Source: Euglena gracilis
Taxonomy: Eukaryota
Length of the DNA stretch: 64,000 bases
Direction: 5' to 3'
Assembly (NCBI GenBank): GCA_039621445.1
Contig: CP154954.1
Location: 15,209,805-15,273,804, forward strand
This document shows, in pieces, positions 31,950 through 47,074 of the stretch; positions within the stretch are counted from its first letter, which is position 1, and every line of letters starts with the position of its first letter. The notes under the pieces were generated by a model. The model was not told where the DNA came from and did no database searches. It was given only the letters and a program-made list of their open reading frames with translations. The position numbers were made by a program, and so were the translations under genes.

Positions 31950-34900
31950 CGGGTCAAGCGGGGTTTTTCTGTAGAGGTAATCTTCGCTCTTGCCCGTGAT
32001 ACAATAAGAATCCATGAAAGGATAAGAGCACAGCGATCCCCTTCTGATGTTGTATTTTTCAGTTCTCTTAATATTCCTCAGTAAAGAATACTTAGGACTA
32101 TTCACAATCTCAATTCTTTGAAAATTGTCCACATAAAGGCGCATCAAACAGGAAAGGAAAATCACCAGAAAAATTCCATCACAGTAAGCCAGTATAACAG
32201 TCAGAAACGAGCAAACATTGTGTGCAAGACCCACAGAAATTAACCCAGGGACCTATGTCTTGTGGTTAGTTGTTGACTTCGAAGACATTGCTCCAAAATA
32301 CCCCCCCCCCCGCAGTGGTTAATCCCCAGCCTCCGACGTCTTTTCTAAATTTGTTGACTGTTGGCAAAAATGAGACCTAAGCTGTGACAACGTAGGGCTC
32401 GTTACCAATCTGTCAAAAACTGCCAGTTTGGTGCGCAGTGTGCGGCACTCTTGATGATGCGAGTATGGCGCTGTACAGTTCGACGGTCAGGGGGGTCGTG
32501 TGGAACAGGAGCCCAGGGCGATTCCTGTGCAGGCCGGTAGAGTGGCGGTGTGCTGATGGGGCGCAATGCAGAGGAAGCAGCCAATGCAGTGCGGGAGGAG
32601 TGGGATTTTTGCCGAAATCCATTTCTGGATTTCGATCCTATCAAAAAGGGGCCTCAAGTCTGACTACCTGTGCCCCCCATTGTCGAAGAAACGGAAAAGA
32701 TGGGTGAGAGAGCCAGGGCTGGTGGTACTTACAAACAAGGGGGAGCAATCTGGCCGAAACCTTTAAATTTTTTCCAGGTTCTCAAAGAAATACCCTTGTC
32801 TAATTAGCTTCTTTGCCTTCTTTGCCCACATTTTGGCAAATATGAACCATTTTCCGAATTTTTGTGGTGTTTTTCGTCATGGGTTTTTGGCATTCGAGAC
32901 CAATTGTGACATGAGTGCTCTACGCTAGGATACAGCAGTCATTTCTTGTCGAATTTCGCCACCCATAAAGGTCGTCATCATCTTCCTGCCTGGAAAGTTC
33001 TGGCCCAAACTCATTGTTGAAGACTGTCTCAACTGGGTTCAACTGTCCCAATTTTTCCCGAAGTTGGTCAGCGAAATGTTTAGTTCATTTTGGGTCTGTC
33101 CCAGGCTTTCTTTCAGATGAATTTCCAACCAAAGCATTTAAAGCACTTGAACTCTTTCTGCTTTGGTAAATAAAAAAAATGAAAACAGCTCTTTTAGGTA
33201 GGCTTTGAGGATGCCCAGTGCTTCCCTGAGAAAATGCTGGAAAGGGAGGAACAGTACTTAGGCAGTGGCCTCCTTTACCCCCCCCCTGTCGAAGCACGTT
33301 GATGGTCATCTTCCTGGGAAGTGTGTTTTCCTCAATGTGGGGAGGAACCTGACTGGGAAAAAAATTCTGGCTCTTGGGCTCTGTGAAAAGGAAAATATTA
33401 CCTTACTTTTCACTGGGCACCCGTAGAAAATGAAGGAATGCTGATCTCCTTGAAGGGTGTTTTGGTGGAAACGCCATCAATGTTTCACCAACCCAAGTCC
33501 CAAAGTTTCTTCACGCAACTATTCCCCTTGACTTTGGCATTCAGGCTTGGGGAGTAACGAAGGGGATGGCACCCTGTTAAGTCGGCCAGGCGTGCTCTCA
33601 CTTGACTTATGCACCGCTATTCTGAGCACTGAGCTTGCCTTAGCACACACCAGGTTTTCCCCAACGTTTGAAAAGTTGTTTTTATGGGAAGTGTTTTTCC
33701 TTGTGGATTTTTTGATATATTTGTCACAAATTTCGAAATCAAACATCACAAGGAAGACCTCAGAGTAACAATAAAAAAACAATAAAAATGAGCATGTGCC
33801 CCGTGAAGCAGGAGGTTTTCAGGCGTATTGGCTGCCTTCTGGGATAGTCTGAACCTCTCAGAAGCCCTAAGGGCCCCTTTGAAGAAAGCACAAATTCTAT
33901 GAAGAGGAAAACATGGTCGATGCTGGGAGAGGGATGCGGTGACAACCACCACCAAAATGAAACGTTGGCCCAGTCCCATTTTCTGTCATTAACTCCACCC
34001 CCCTGTGCCAACCGATTCGACACATCCATGCTGGTTTTAAGCTGATTAACAGAGCCCTCAGGAGACTGTCTCTGGCAAGTTAGCGAGTACAGAGGTAGAA
34101 GAAAGCTTCCAGAGTGGTTCAGGGGAAATTGATTTTACCCCCAGCCAATAGAAAATTCAAAGCAGCACTTTTTTCACATATTTGTGATGGAAAAGCCTGA
34201 AAAGAATATTCGCATTGTTTTCAGCATCGGAAATGTGCATTTTTCAACCAAAAATGGGAATAATCGCAAAAGAAAAATCTAAAGGAGTCAGGTCATCAGG
34301 TTAAAGCGTAGGAGAGAGGTCCCTATGAGGACAGGTTTGCAAGTGCAGAGGGTTTTGGACAGCTGTATCAACGGAAAATTAATGATGGCTTTCTCACCCC
34401 CTGAGCTTCACAATGGCGTGGGGAGGTAAACTTGGGAGGAGGGCCTTAAACAGCACGTTATGCCGAGGGAGAGGGACTACCACTGTCATGATTTTCCAAC
34501 CCATAACTCAGCCTTCATTTCAAAAATTATCACCTCTGAGCAGGGGCCAGTATTAGACGGGGGGGGGGGTCGCTGAGCTCTTATCTCTTTAGAGTAAGAG
34601 CAAAGCTTACCACCAGGGAAAAGGGGGGGGCCCACCCCCCCCCACCCCCCCCTCTGGGTAGACCGTGAAAACCGCGGATTATCACCATGACCCCGGCCCG
34701 GTTCCCAGAAATTTTTTTTAGTTGCGAGCGACTGGATTTCTAGTTTCCGAATCATCTGGGTTTGGCCCCCAACTCCCAATCAGGCCGGAGTTATTCACGC
34801 GCGAAGGGGTCCAAACTGGGTAGGATCGGCCCGCCCCCCCTGGATAAGCCCCCCCCCCTTGGACTCTGCCATTTCGGCCAAAAAAATGTCAATGTCAAAA

Positions 34901-35007
34901 AAGTCAAAATGTCAAAAAAAATTCAAAATATCTCCAAAATGAAGCCAAGCCAAAGGAAATGTGCAGAGACCTAATTTGAAGCCCTTGGAATGCCCCAGCT
35001 ACGGGTG

Positions 35008-35490
35008 CCATCATGGCCCATGATGCCCATCATGACCCATGATGGCCATCATGACCCATAATGCTCGTTATGACCCATGATGGCCATCATGACCGATAAT
35101 GCTCATTATGACCCGTGATGCGCATCATGACCCATGATGGCCATCATGACCCATGATGGCCATCATGACCCATGATGCCCATCATGACCCATGATGGCCA
35201 TTATGACCCATGCTGGCCATCATGACCCATGATGGCCACCATGACCCATGATGCCCACCATGACCCATATGATGGCCATCATGACCCAGGATGCCCATCA
35301 TGACCCATGATGGCCATCATGACCCATAATGTGCATCATGACCCATGATGGCCACCATGACCCATGATGCCCACCATGACCCATGATGCCCACCATGACC
35401 CCTGATGTCCATCATGACCCCTGATGCCCATGACCCATAATGGCCATCATGACCCATGATGCCCATCATGACCCATGATGCCCATCATGA
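35008..35490. repeat. 19-bp minisatellite, about 25 copies
   Basis: Unit CCATCATGACCCATGATG(G/C). Confidence 0.92.
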
Positions 35491-36575
35491 ATTTTTTTTG
35501 CCTGAAACGATGTTTTTTGGCCTCCCGGACCCGGAAAAACTGTTTTTAAGCCGAAAATGAGCGTTTTCCGACCCGCCAGCGCCCCGTTTTGGGCTGCCAA
35601 CCCATTGACTTTGGGCATTTTTAGGTCAAATAAGTCGAAAAAAAATCGAAAAAAAATTTTGCCCGAAACGATGTTTTTTGGCCTCCCGGACCCAGAAAAG
35701 GTGTTTTTTGAGCCAAAAATGAGTGTTTTTCCACCCACCGGCACCCCGTTTTCGGCACAAAACCTTTGCATTTCAGTCAAAAGAGCTGCATGGAGTGGGC
35801 CGGTTTATATGGGGGGGGGGGGTTCAATGAAGGGGTGGGTGAGCGCTTATTAAGAGCTCAGCACTATTCAAAACCTGGTTCCAGCAGCTAATGGGAGGGG
35901 AGCTGGAAAAGATGCCTGAACAATGCCTCGCGGCCCTCAGAAGCTTGAAGCTACATGGGGCAGCCCTCAGGGGCCGGCAGGGGGGGGAAGTCGGCAAGTA
36001 CTTTTGCCTGAAACGGAAGAGCGGTTAACGGGATGGGGTCCGAGGCAAAGCTGTGAGGCAGGAGTCCAGTCCGTCAAAATCAGGGCAATGGATGGGCCGC
36101 GACCGGCTGCCGCCCAAAACTCAGATAAGCCTAACCCGAACCCTCACCCTAACCCTAACCATAAGCCCAAATGAAACTGTAACCCTATTCCTTTCATTAA
36201 CAGCATCACTCCTTTTATCCATCACCTCCATTTGGGTGCATCCAATTCTGGTCGGGCCCTGGCCGTTAATGAAAGGGACTGGGTTTGGTCAACATACACA
36301 CAAAAAGCTAGCACACAAACAGGGGTTGTTGAACAGGGGCAGGGATACCTCAAGTGATAAAAATTGCATTGGTTGGGCCACAGCCCAATCAAAAATTGAT
36401 TTTGGTTGGGCTGCGGCCGACCACGGCCAGCCGCGACACCTACCTCCCACGAACCTGCCTCCCAGGTATCACCACCAGGGTGTCTTCTGAGCTAAAAAAA
36501 AAAAAGGAAGCCTGCCCCCTGTCTTAGGCACTGGCCATTTCTAAGACCCCCTGGTTTTATCTCGGGGGGCGGCGC

Positions 36576-39500
36576 ATATATATATGTATATTATTAGAGA
36601 GAGAGAGAGGATAGGAGAGGAGAGGAGAGGAGAGGAGAGGAGAGTGAGAGGAGATGAGGAGAGGAGAGGAGAGGAGAGGAGAGGAGAGGAGAGGAGAGGA
36701 GAGGTAGGAGAGGAGAGGAGAGGAGGGAGGGGAGAGAGGGGAGGGGAGGAGAGGAGAGGAGAGGAGAGGAGAGGAGAGGAGAGGAGAGGAGAGGAGAGGA
36801 GAGCAGAGGAGAGGGATAGAGGAGAGGAGAGGATGAGAGGAGAGGAGAGGAGAAGAGAGGAGAGGAGAGGAGAGGAGAGGAGAGAGAGGAGAGAGAGGAG
36901 AGTAGGAGAGGACAGGAGAGGAGAGGGAGAGGAGGAGGAGAGGACAGGAGAGGAGAGGAGAGGAGAGGATAGGAGGGAGAGAGAGGCGAGGAGAGGAGAG
37001 GAGAGAGGAGGAGAGGAGAGGAGAGGAGAGGAGAGGAGAGAGCGAGAGAGGAGAGGAGAGGAGAGAGGAGGAGAGGAGAGGAGAGGAGAGGAGAGGAGAG
37101 GAGAGAGAGGAGAGGAGAGGAGGAGAGGAGAGGAGAGGATGAGGAGAGGAGAGGAGGAGAGAGGAGAGGAGAGGAGAGGAGGAGAGGAGAGGAGAGGATA
37201 TATATTATATTATATTATTATTATATTATATTATATTATATTATATTATATTCTATAGGATATATATATATTATATTATATTATATATTATATTATATAT
37301 GATATGACATATGATATATGATATGATATATGATATATGATATGATATGATATATGATATATGATATGATATATGATATATGATATGATATGATATGATA
37401 TGATATGATATGATATGATATGATATGATATGATATGATATGATATGATGTGATATGATATGATATGATATGATATGATATTATGATATGATATGATATG
37501 ATATGATATGATAGGATATGATATGATAGATATGAGATTGATATGATGTATGTTGATATGATATGTGATATGAGATGATGTGATATGATTGAGATATGAG
37601 GATATGATATGATGATAGGAGATGATATGATATGATATGAGATGATGATGATAGATATCATATGATATCATATATGATATGATATGAGATAAATGAGATG
37701 AGCAGAAGATATGATATGAGAAGAGGATATTGATTATGAAGACGAGAGATATATGATAGAGATGATATGAGGATAGGGAGATGATGATAGAGGAGAGGAT
37801 ACGGGAGGATATGATATGATATGATATGGATATATATATTATGATTATATGATGATATAGATGATTTATGTATATGATAGGAGATGAGATATATGATATG
37901 ATATGAGATATGATATATGTAGAGGATATGAGATATATGATATATTATGATATGTATGATATGATATATATATTATATATATTCTATTATGATATGATAT
38001 GATATGATATGATATGAGATGATGATATATGAGATGATGAGATATTATGATATATGATATTATATATTATATGATATTATATTTTATATATTATATTATG
38101 ATTGATATTATATTATATTAGATTGATATTATCTTATATGATTGATATATATGATGATATGATATGATATGATATGATATTAAATGATATGCTAGGATAT
38201 AATATGATATTATGTGATATGATATGATATGATAGGATATGATATGGTATGATATAATATGATAAGATATGATATTATATGATATGATATGTGATGTGAT
38301 ATGATATGATGATATATGATATGATATGAGAGGATATGATATGATATGATATGATATGATATGATATGATATGATATGATTGAGATATGAGATATGATAT
38401 GTGATTGATATGATATGATGTGATATGATATGATGATATGATGATATGATATGATATGATATGATATGATATGAGATGAGATGATATGATATGATATGAT
38501 ATGATATGATGATATGAGATGATATGATATGAGATGATATGATATGATATGATATGATATGATATGATATGATAGAGATGATAGGATATGATATGATAGA
38601 TGATATGATATGATTATGATATGATATAATATATGATATATGATATATTGATATATATATGATAGATATATGAGGATACGAGATATATGATATATATTAT
38701 GATATGATATGATTAGATATATGATATGATATATATATGATTATAGAGATATATATATGATATAATATTATATATATGATGATATAGATATGATATGATA
38801 TGATAGATATGATAATATTATATGATATTTTATATGATTAGAGGATATGATATGAGATATTATGATATGATATGATATGATATGATATGATGATATTTAT
38901 GATTTATGATATATATGATTATATGATATGATTTGATATGATATTATATGATTATATTATATTGATATGATTATATATGATATGATTATGATATGATATA
39001 ATTAGATATGATATGATATTAGATTATATATATTATATTATATATATGATTATGATATTGATATGATATGATATATATGATATGATATGGATTATGATAT
39101 GATTATGTATGATTATGATATATTGATATTATATTGATATGATATGATTATGATCTGATATGATATGATATGATATGATATGATATGATATGATATGATA
39201 TGATATGATATGATTTATGATATGATATGATATGATATGATATGATATGATATGATATGATATGATATGATATGATATGATATGATGATGTGATATGATA
39301 TGATGAGATGATATGATGTGATATGATATGATATGATATGATATGATATGATGTGATTGATATATGATATGATATGATATGATTATGATATGATATGATG
39401 TTGATATGATATGATATGATATGAGATGATAGATGATATGATATGATATGATATGATATGATATGATATGATATGATATGATATGATATGATATGATATG

Positions 39501-41620
39501 AGAGGAGATATGATATGATATGATATGATATGATATGAGATGATATGATATGATATGATATGATATGATATGAGATGATATGATATGATATGATATGATA
39601 GGATATATGATATGATATGATGTTGATGATTTTATGATATGTGATATGATATGAGATATAATATATGATATGATATGAGATAGATATATGATTATGATAT
39701 GATTATTATAGATATGATTAGATTATGATATATATATGATATGATTATGATATTAGATATGTATATGATATGGTATGATGATAATATGATAGATGATATG
39801 AATGATTGATATATATGATATGATATTATATTATATATGATATATATTATATGATATGAGAGATGATATGATATGATATATATTATATAGAGATTATATT
39901 ATGATATTATATGATTTATGATATTATTTTATATTATATATAGTATATGATATTATATTATGATCTATTATATATGATATGATATGATATGATATGATAT
40001 GATATGATATGATATGATATGATATGATATGATATGATATGATATGATATGATATGATATGATATGATATATGATATGATATGATATATGATATGATATG
40101 ATATATGATATGATATGATATATGATATGATATGATATATGATATGATATGATATGATTATGAGATGATATGAGAGACGATGAGAGGAGATGAGGATATG
40201 ATATGATATGAGATGAGATGATAGGATATGAGGGAGATGAGACGATGAGAGGGAGATGATATGAGAGGATATGAGATGATAGAGGAGGAGAATATGATAT
40301 GATAGGAGAGAGTGAGAGATAGAGATATGAGCAGATATGAGAGGATATGAGATAGGGAGATACGATATGAGATATGAGGATAGAGATATGAGAGGATTGA
40401 TATGATAGATTATGATATAGGATATGATAGATGGATATGAGAGAGATAATATGATATGATATGATTATATTATGATATATATTATTATATTAATATATAG
40501 ATATGATTATGATTATAGATAGGATATGATATGATATGATATGATATGATATGATATGTTATATGATATGATATGATATGATATATTATGATTATATTAT
40601 ATATATGATAGATATGATAATATATTATATGATATATTATATTATATATTATATTATGATATGTTATGATATGATATTATATGATATGATATTATATTAT
40701 ATGATATGATATTATATTATATGATATGTTATTTTATGATATGATATGATATGATATGATATGATATGATATGATATGATATGATATGATATGATATGAT
40801 ATGATATGATATGATATGATATGATATGATATGATATGATATGATATGATATGATATGATATGTCTGATATGATATGATATGAGGAGAGGATGAGATGAG
40901 ATGAGGAGGGAGGGAGAGGAGGGATATGAGGATGAGAGGGGGATGTAGGAGAGATAGAGAGAGAGGAGAGGAGAGATAGGAGATGAGAGGAGAGGAGAGG
41001 AGAGGAGAGGAGAGGAGAGGAGAGGAAGAGAGGAGAGGATAGGAGAGGAGAGGAGAGGAGAGAGGAGAGAAGGAGAGGAGAGGAGGAGGGGAGAGAGGAG
41101 AGGAGAGAGAGGAGAGGAGACAGAGCAGAGCAGAGAGACAGGCATAGCAGATCAGAGCAGCAGAGCAGACAGAGGATAGGAGAGGAGAGGGGAGGAGAGG
41201 ATATTAGGAGACGAGAGGAGAGAGCGGAGAGAGGAGAGAGGGAGGGAGGGAGGAGAGGAGAGGAGGAGAGGAGAGGAGGAGGAGGAGAGGGAGTAGAGGA
41301 GAGGAGAGGAGAGAGAGAGGAGAGGAGAGGAGGAGAGAGGAGATTAGAGGAGATATTATAGGGAGAGAGAGAGAGAGAGGAGATAGGATAGATAGAGAGA
41401 GGAGAGATTATATAAGATATTAGGAGAGAGATTATATATAGGAGATATATATATTATATAGATATTATATATATATTAGAGTATAGATATATAGTATTAT
41501 ATTATAGATATTATATTATAGTATTATATTCTATTAATTAGATTATATATATTATATTATATTATTATTATATTATATTATAGTATATTATATTATAGTA
41601 TATTATATTACATCATATTA
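36576..41620. repeat. ~5-kb compound pentamer satellite (GGAGA / ATATT / GATAT)
   Basis: GGAGA ~36598-37197, ATATT ~37200-37297, GATAT ~37298-40880, GGAGA ~40880-41400 and AT-rich ATATT to ~41620. Noisy consensus. Confidence 0.95.
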
Positions 41621-42594
41621 TACTATATTCGGCATTCTGGGATTCCAGTGTCCAGGCCAGGTCTTATTATCCAACCACATTGCCAGGGGAGGGATGGCAC
41701 GCGAGGTGGCAGATGGGGGAGGCGGTGCCGCGGCCAGTCGTGAGCAACCAGAGAATGAGACGTGGGACTTGCAGTTGCAATGCATGCGCCGTTTGTGTGA
41801 TAAATTGGCCCAACAGCGTACCAGCGAACCCAAATGCCACCCAACGAGAGGTGATGCATGGAAGGGGATCCAAGCGAGGCACCAAAGGTCGCCCAATTTA
41901 CTTATGATAGCCCACCCACCAAATAATAACCCCAACGAACCCCCTGCTGTGGCTGTGAGTAACGTACTAATCTCACTTCTGTGCAAAGCATATGGAGCTC
42001 AAAATCATGCGAATTCTTTCAAACCAGAAGAGCGCAGAAATGTGTGATGGTTTATTTAACTTCAATAAGGCATCTTTTAATTCCATTGGGAACCTGTTTC
42101 TGACACTGATCTGAACGCCTACCCCCTTGTCCAGCGACTGCTAATCTTCATCTCTGACCGGGGGTTACGAAAACAGCCCCGGTTGTCGCCGACCAGGGTG
42201 AGGTGGTCGTTAGACTGGGGGGGGGGGGGACCCATGGGGCAGACCCCAGGTCGGCTAAAAATAGAGCCTGTGGGGTTTATAGCCATTTTTGGCTGTTTCT
42301 GGTGGGTTTTGGCCGTTTTCTTTAGGCCGTTTGGCAACTTTTTTTGGCCACTCTTGGCGATTTTGGTCACTTTGGGCCATTTTGGCCAATTTTAGTTATT
42401 TATATTATTTTTCACCATTTTTAGCCATGTTTGGGCAACATTTAGCAAGTTTCTGCCGTTTGTCGCAATCTTGAACAATGAAATCAAATCATTTTACGTA
42501 ATTTCTAACCAATAATAGCTGCACCGACCCACCCACCCATCCACCCACACCCACACCCACACCCACACACACGCACACACGCACACACACCATA

Positions 42595-42948
42595 CAATTG
42601 CTTACCGACCCCCGGGGGGGGGGGGAGGGGGGGTCACTCCACTTTTTTAAAAACCAGTCAGTCACTCATTTTCAAAAAACCAGCCATTCACTAACCCCCC
42701 CAGGGGGGGTGGGGGTCGGCCACTCAGAAAAACGGCCACTTTCCAGTCACTTTAGGCCATTTTAGGCCCAAAAAAATTTTCCGGCGCCTTCGGCGCCGGG
42801 GTCACTCAAGCCACTTTTGCCCACTCCTGGCCGACCCCCCCGGGGGGGGGGGGGGGGGGGGGCCGGGCCAAAAACCAGTCAGTCACTCTGAAAAAAACCA
42901 GTCACCCACCCCCTGGGGGGGGGGGGTCGGTCAGTGCTTAAGCAATTG
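42595..42948. mobile_element. MITE-like element
   Basis: CAATTGCTTA-CCGACCCCC at the left end and GGGGGTCGG...TAAGCAATTG at the right end. Internal AAAAACCAGTCAGTCACT repeats and a CCGGCGCC-TTC-GGCGCCGG hairpin. Confidence 0.55.
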
Positions 42949-42952
42949 CCTG

Positions 42953-43121
<169 letters not shown>

Positions 43122-45494
43122 AACGCGGTTTCCGGGACTCCCATTGAATCCGAACGTTGTGCAGCACAAGAAGGAAGGAGGCTGCGCCGGACACCTGACC
43201 AGAGATGGGTTGGGGATGGTTTGGCTGTGCACTTGAAGGATTGCAGGAGGGGCTGGGCGGGCGTGAAGGTATGGGCCGAGTCGTCTTCCAGGGTGAAGGG
43301 GGGGGGCGGTTCAGGCGCAGGATGGGCGGCTTGCTGTGAAGTTCTGGCAGCCTCAATGTTGAGGGAAGACACCCTGGGTCTTACCCAAATTCTGTCCCTC
43401 ACCGGGTTCTGACCCACTTTGGGCAAGGGATTCGATCGAGGAGTGGTCAATGATCAGGAGCCCCCCCCAAATGGAAATCGCAGAGAAGTACATGGAATTC
43501 GCTGTCAACAGCTTGGGGGTGGTCACCCTACCTCCGAGTGCTGCTTTGGACCAGACCACCTCACACACCAGGCCAGGTATTAGACGAAGGGGGTGAGTGC
43601 CAGGCATGAGACCAAGAAAAGACCCTTCCCCCCTCCATGTCCAACGATCGGTAACCTCTGTCGACATAGGGTTATGACCAAGAAGGTGTCCTCCGACTGC
43701 GGGGGGGGGGGGCAGTTGGACAAGGGGTCAACAAAAAAGTTTGCGGGTGCGGGGGACCCTACCCCCCCCCAAAAAAGGCCAAGTTGCTTTCCCTCTTTCG
43801 CTTAGCGCCGTAAATTTTGGGCCATTTTGACAAATCCTTGCTCAAAAAGTGCCAAAAATGGCAATTTGACCAATTTTGGGCTGATTTTGGGCACAAACGT
43901 TTTCGGGCTGGCGCTTTGCGCCAGGACCAAAATTTGGTAAAAATTTTGGAGGTTTTGGCCATACCACCGAAAAGGTGTCCTCTGACTGGGGGGTGGTTGT
44001 TGGACACAGGGGAGTCGTTGGACGTAGGGGGAGGGGTAAGCTGAGAAAAGAAGACAAAATTGATGTGGCCATGAAAATAATTTTTGCCGAACTTCAAATT
44101 ATAAAAATCTAATATGTAAAAAAATTCACCATTTTGGCAATGTCTCATATGAAACTCTTGTGACGCAACATCGCTGTTGCGGTTCAGGAAGTACAGGTGG
44201 GCTGAAGCTGAATCGACCCAACCCTTTTTTGCCCATACAACATGTGTGAGCTGGGCAACGCCACGCATCAAGGCAGGGGCAAGGGCAACGTGCAAAAGGA
44301 CGGTGTCTCGTTGGTGCTGTCACGGGGGCGGGGTTTGAAGCCGCGTCGCCGGCATGGGACACAAGGCGGAGACGCGGTCAGCAGCGGCGTTCCACAGGGA
44401 CGTTCGGGGAGCCCTGGTCGTCGGCCGGGTTAATGCCATAGATTGACTTAGGGACCCCTCAAGGGCCCCACTTTCCTCTGGGCCCAAACCCACCCACTCA
44501 CTCTTTTTTTTGGAAACACCCCCACGATCAACGGGGGGGGGGTTCGAACAAACCCCCACCCACCCTCTCCGCAATATATCAAAGTCCGCCGAAAAGCCTG
44601 GATTTTCCCATCCCAGCCTGCTGCTGGGCCATCTGCCTCTGACATTGGTGTAACCACCCCGGGGGGCCCGGTGAGGAAGGGTTACGGAAGGAGGAGGCTC
44701 CATAGGAGGAGGCTCCATAGGAAGAGGCTCCTGGAACCACCTGAAACATATTTTTAACTATGAAACTGAAACAAAAAAACACTTATTTTCAACTAATTTC
44801 AACTCCGTTTTGTTGCCGATGCCCTTTTGTATGCAATGTTCTCAGGGCCCTAAAAAATAAGGCTCGAGAGCCACCTCGAATGTTGTTCGAGGTGGTTCGA
44901 GGAGGCTGGTTCGAAAATAAGCCCTCCTTAAGCTCCATAGGCTTAAAGCGTTCAAGCTCCAGCCTGCTCCCACGATAACCCCCCTGTCCGGTGGTCCAAA
45001 CCTGCCCATCCACCCCCCCCCCCCGTGGGGGGGCGCACCAGGGGGAAGGGAACCTATGGGTGGAGCGCAGCGTCGCCATCATGGTGGCGTGCCAGTCTGT
45101 GACACAGTTCTCCAGCTGTCGCAGCAGAGGTGGCGACGGGAGGGCGATGGGAGAGCCATCCACATAGAAGGCCAACATCGCGTCGTCAACGTGTGCACAA
45201 CCATGCACAGACGTTCACACGCACGCAGGCACGAACGCACGCATGCGCCAACACACACACACACACACACACACGCGCGCACACACACACCACACACACA
45301 TACTGCTTTTGGAGAATTGCTGGAAAGAGAAGTCAGAAATCCCCCCCAAAAAAACGTCCCGACAACGGTCTCCAACAACACATACACAAATCGAACCATT
45401 TTTCGTTTTCCTTCCCCGTCATTTGTTGCAATAGGACCCTTGGATGTCGACTCCCGCTCTCCAAAGCAAGAAATGGACATCAGCCAGACAAAAA

Positions 45495-45706
45495 ATGGTT
45501 GGTGTGCTGACACCAGGAAGGGTCAACGCCTCAGCAGGCTTCTTTTACCCCGCCCTGCCTGCACATAGCACCCACCCCCTCTTTGCACTTCCCTACGTAG
45601 ATGGTTGGTGTGCTGACAACCAGGAAGGGGTCAACGCCTCAGCAGGCTTCTTTTACCCCGCCCTGCCTGCACATAGCACCCACCCCCTCTTGCACACTTC
45701 CCTACT
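45495..45706. repeat. ~106-bp tandem duplication
   Basis: ATGGTTGGTGTGCTGACA...CACTTCCCTAC starts at both 45495 and 45601. Confidence 0.9.
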
Positions 45707-46022
45707 AGAAGCCTCCACCTCAGAGGGTGGCCACAACGGGCGTTGGGTTTTTCCAGTTCACCTCCACATCCCCCATCTCCACCGCCGTCCCGGGCGAGGC
45801 ATCCATCCGGGCGGGGGAGCCCATCATTTGGCGGCGCAGCATGGAGCCCTTCCGCATGAACGGCGGGATGAGCTTCTCCCGCCACTCCGCGTCCTTCTCC
45901 AGGTCTGCCGCAGGGCTCTGGCGCGCCACCCGAAAAAATTTGACATTCAGTTCATGCACACCATTGGCCCCGGGAAAATAGCCCATCATTCCAAAATCAG
46001 AAGAGAGAAGGCGGTGCGCTAC

Positions 46023-46070
<48 letters not shown>

Positions 46071-46147
46071 CCATGCATACGCATCACACACGCACGAGCG
46101 CGCACAAATACAAGCACTCCTGTATGTGCCGACACACACACACACAT

Positions 46148-46197
<50 letters not shown>

Positions 46198-46221
46198 GCA
46201 CCCCCCCCCCTAAACACTTAA

Positions 46222-46620
46222 ACCCCCCCCACTTATAAACCCCCCCCCACTTACTACCCCCCCCCCCACTTACTGACCCCCCCCCTCGGGCCGACCAACC
46301 AAACCGGGACTTATAAACCTCCCCCTTCGGGGAAGAAAAATGAAAGCCGCCGGGGACGATTTTTTCGGCCGCAAACCACCCAAAAACTGATTTTTGGCCC
46401 TTTTTTGAGATCGACCATCATCAAAAATGCCATTTTTGACCAAATTTTCCAAAAAATTGCCATTTTGGGGGGTTTCGGGGTCATTTTGGGGGTTCGGATT
46501 TTCACCAACAATTCCGGGACTTATAAACCCCCCCCCCCACTTACTAACCCCCCCCCTTCGGCCGACCAACCAAACCGGATCCTACTAACCCCGGGGGGTT
46601 TATAAGTGGGGGGGGGGGGG
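46222..46620. mobile_element. MITE-like element
   Basis: CCCCCCCCACTTATAAAC at the left end and GTTTATAAGTGGGGGGGG at the right end, with internal repeats of the same motif. Confidence 0.55.
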
Positions 46621-47074
46621 TTACCCCCATGCGCACATGCCCCCCACATGCACGCACACATACACACACCTACGCACACACACACACACATATACACACA
46701 GAGAGAGGAGAGAGAGAGACACGCCCGTACACGCACGCACACGTGTGCGCATACTGGCGCGCGCGCACACACACAGGCATACACCACATACACATAACAT
46801 ATCTTGGGCAGTGCTGAATCAGGGCAGAAGCCTGGCCCTGTGGCTCTCCAGTGGCGCGGCGGTGGCGGGGGTTGCTGGGGCTGCAGGCAGCCGCTTGCTC
46901 GGCAAACGAAAGGAGCAAACCGACGATCGGAATTGGTTGGGGATAATGTTTTTTGGGGTACCCACCCACCTGGAGGTCCAATACAGCCCTCCCCCAACTG
47001 CTGGGCAGGCACTGGTAAAGCAGCCCTTTGCCGAACCCGTGACAGAGCCTGTTGGGCTGCGAAGAAAGGACCGG

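Noticed and set aside
35008-35490. CRISPR-like array
   Set aside because: Head-to-tail 19-bp units with no unique spacers and no cas genes, in a eukaryotic context.
36584-41145. ORFs rich in GEERR / ISYHI
   Set aside because: Translations of pentamer satellites with no coding evidence.
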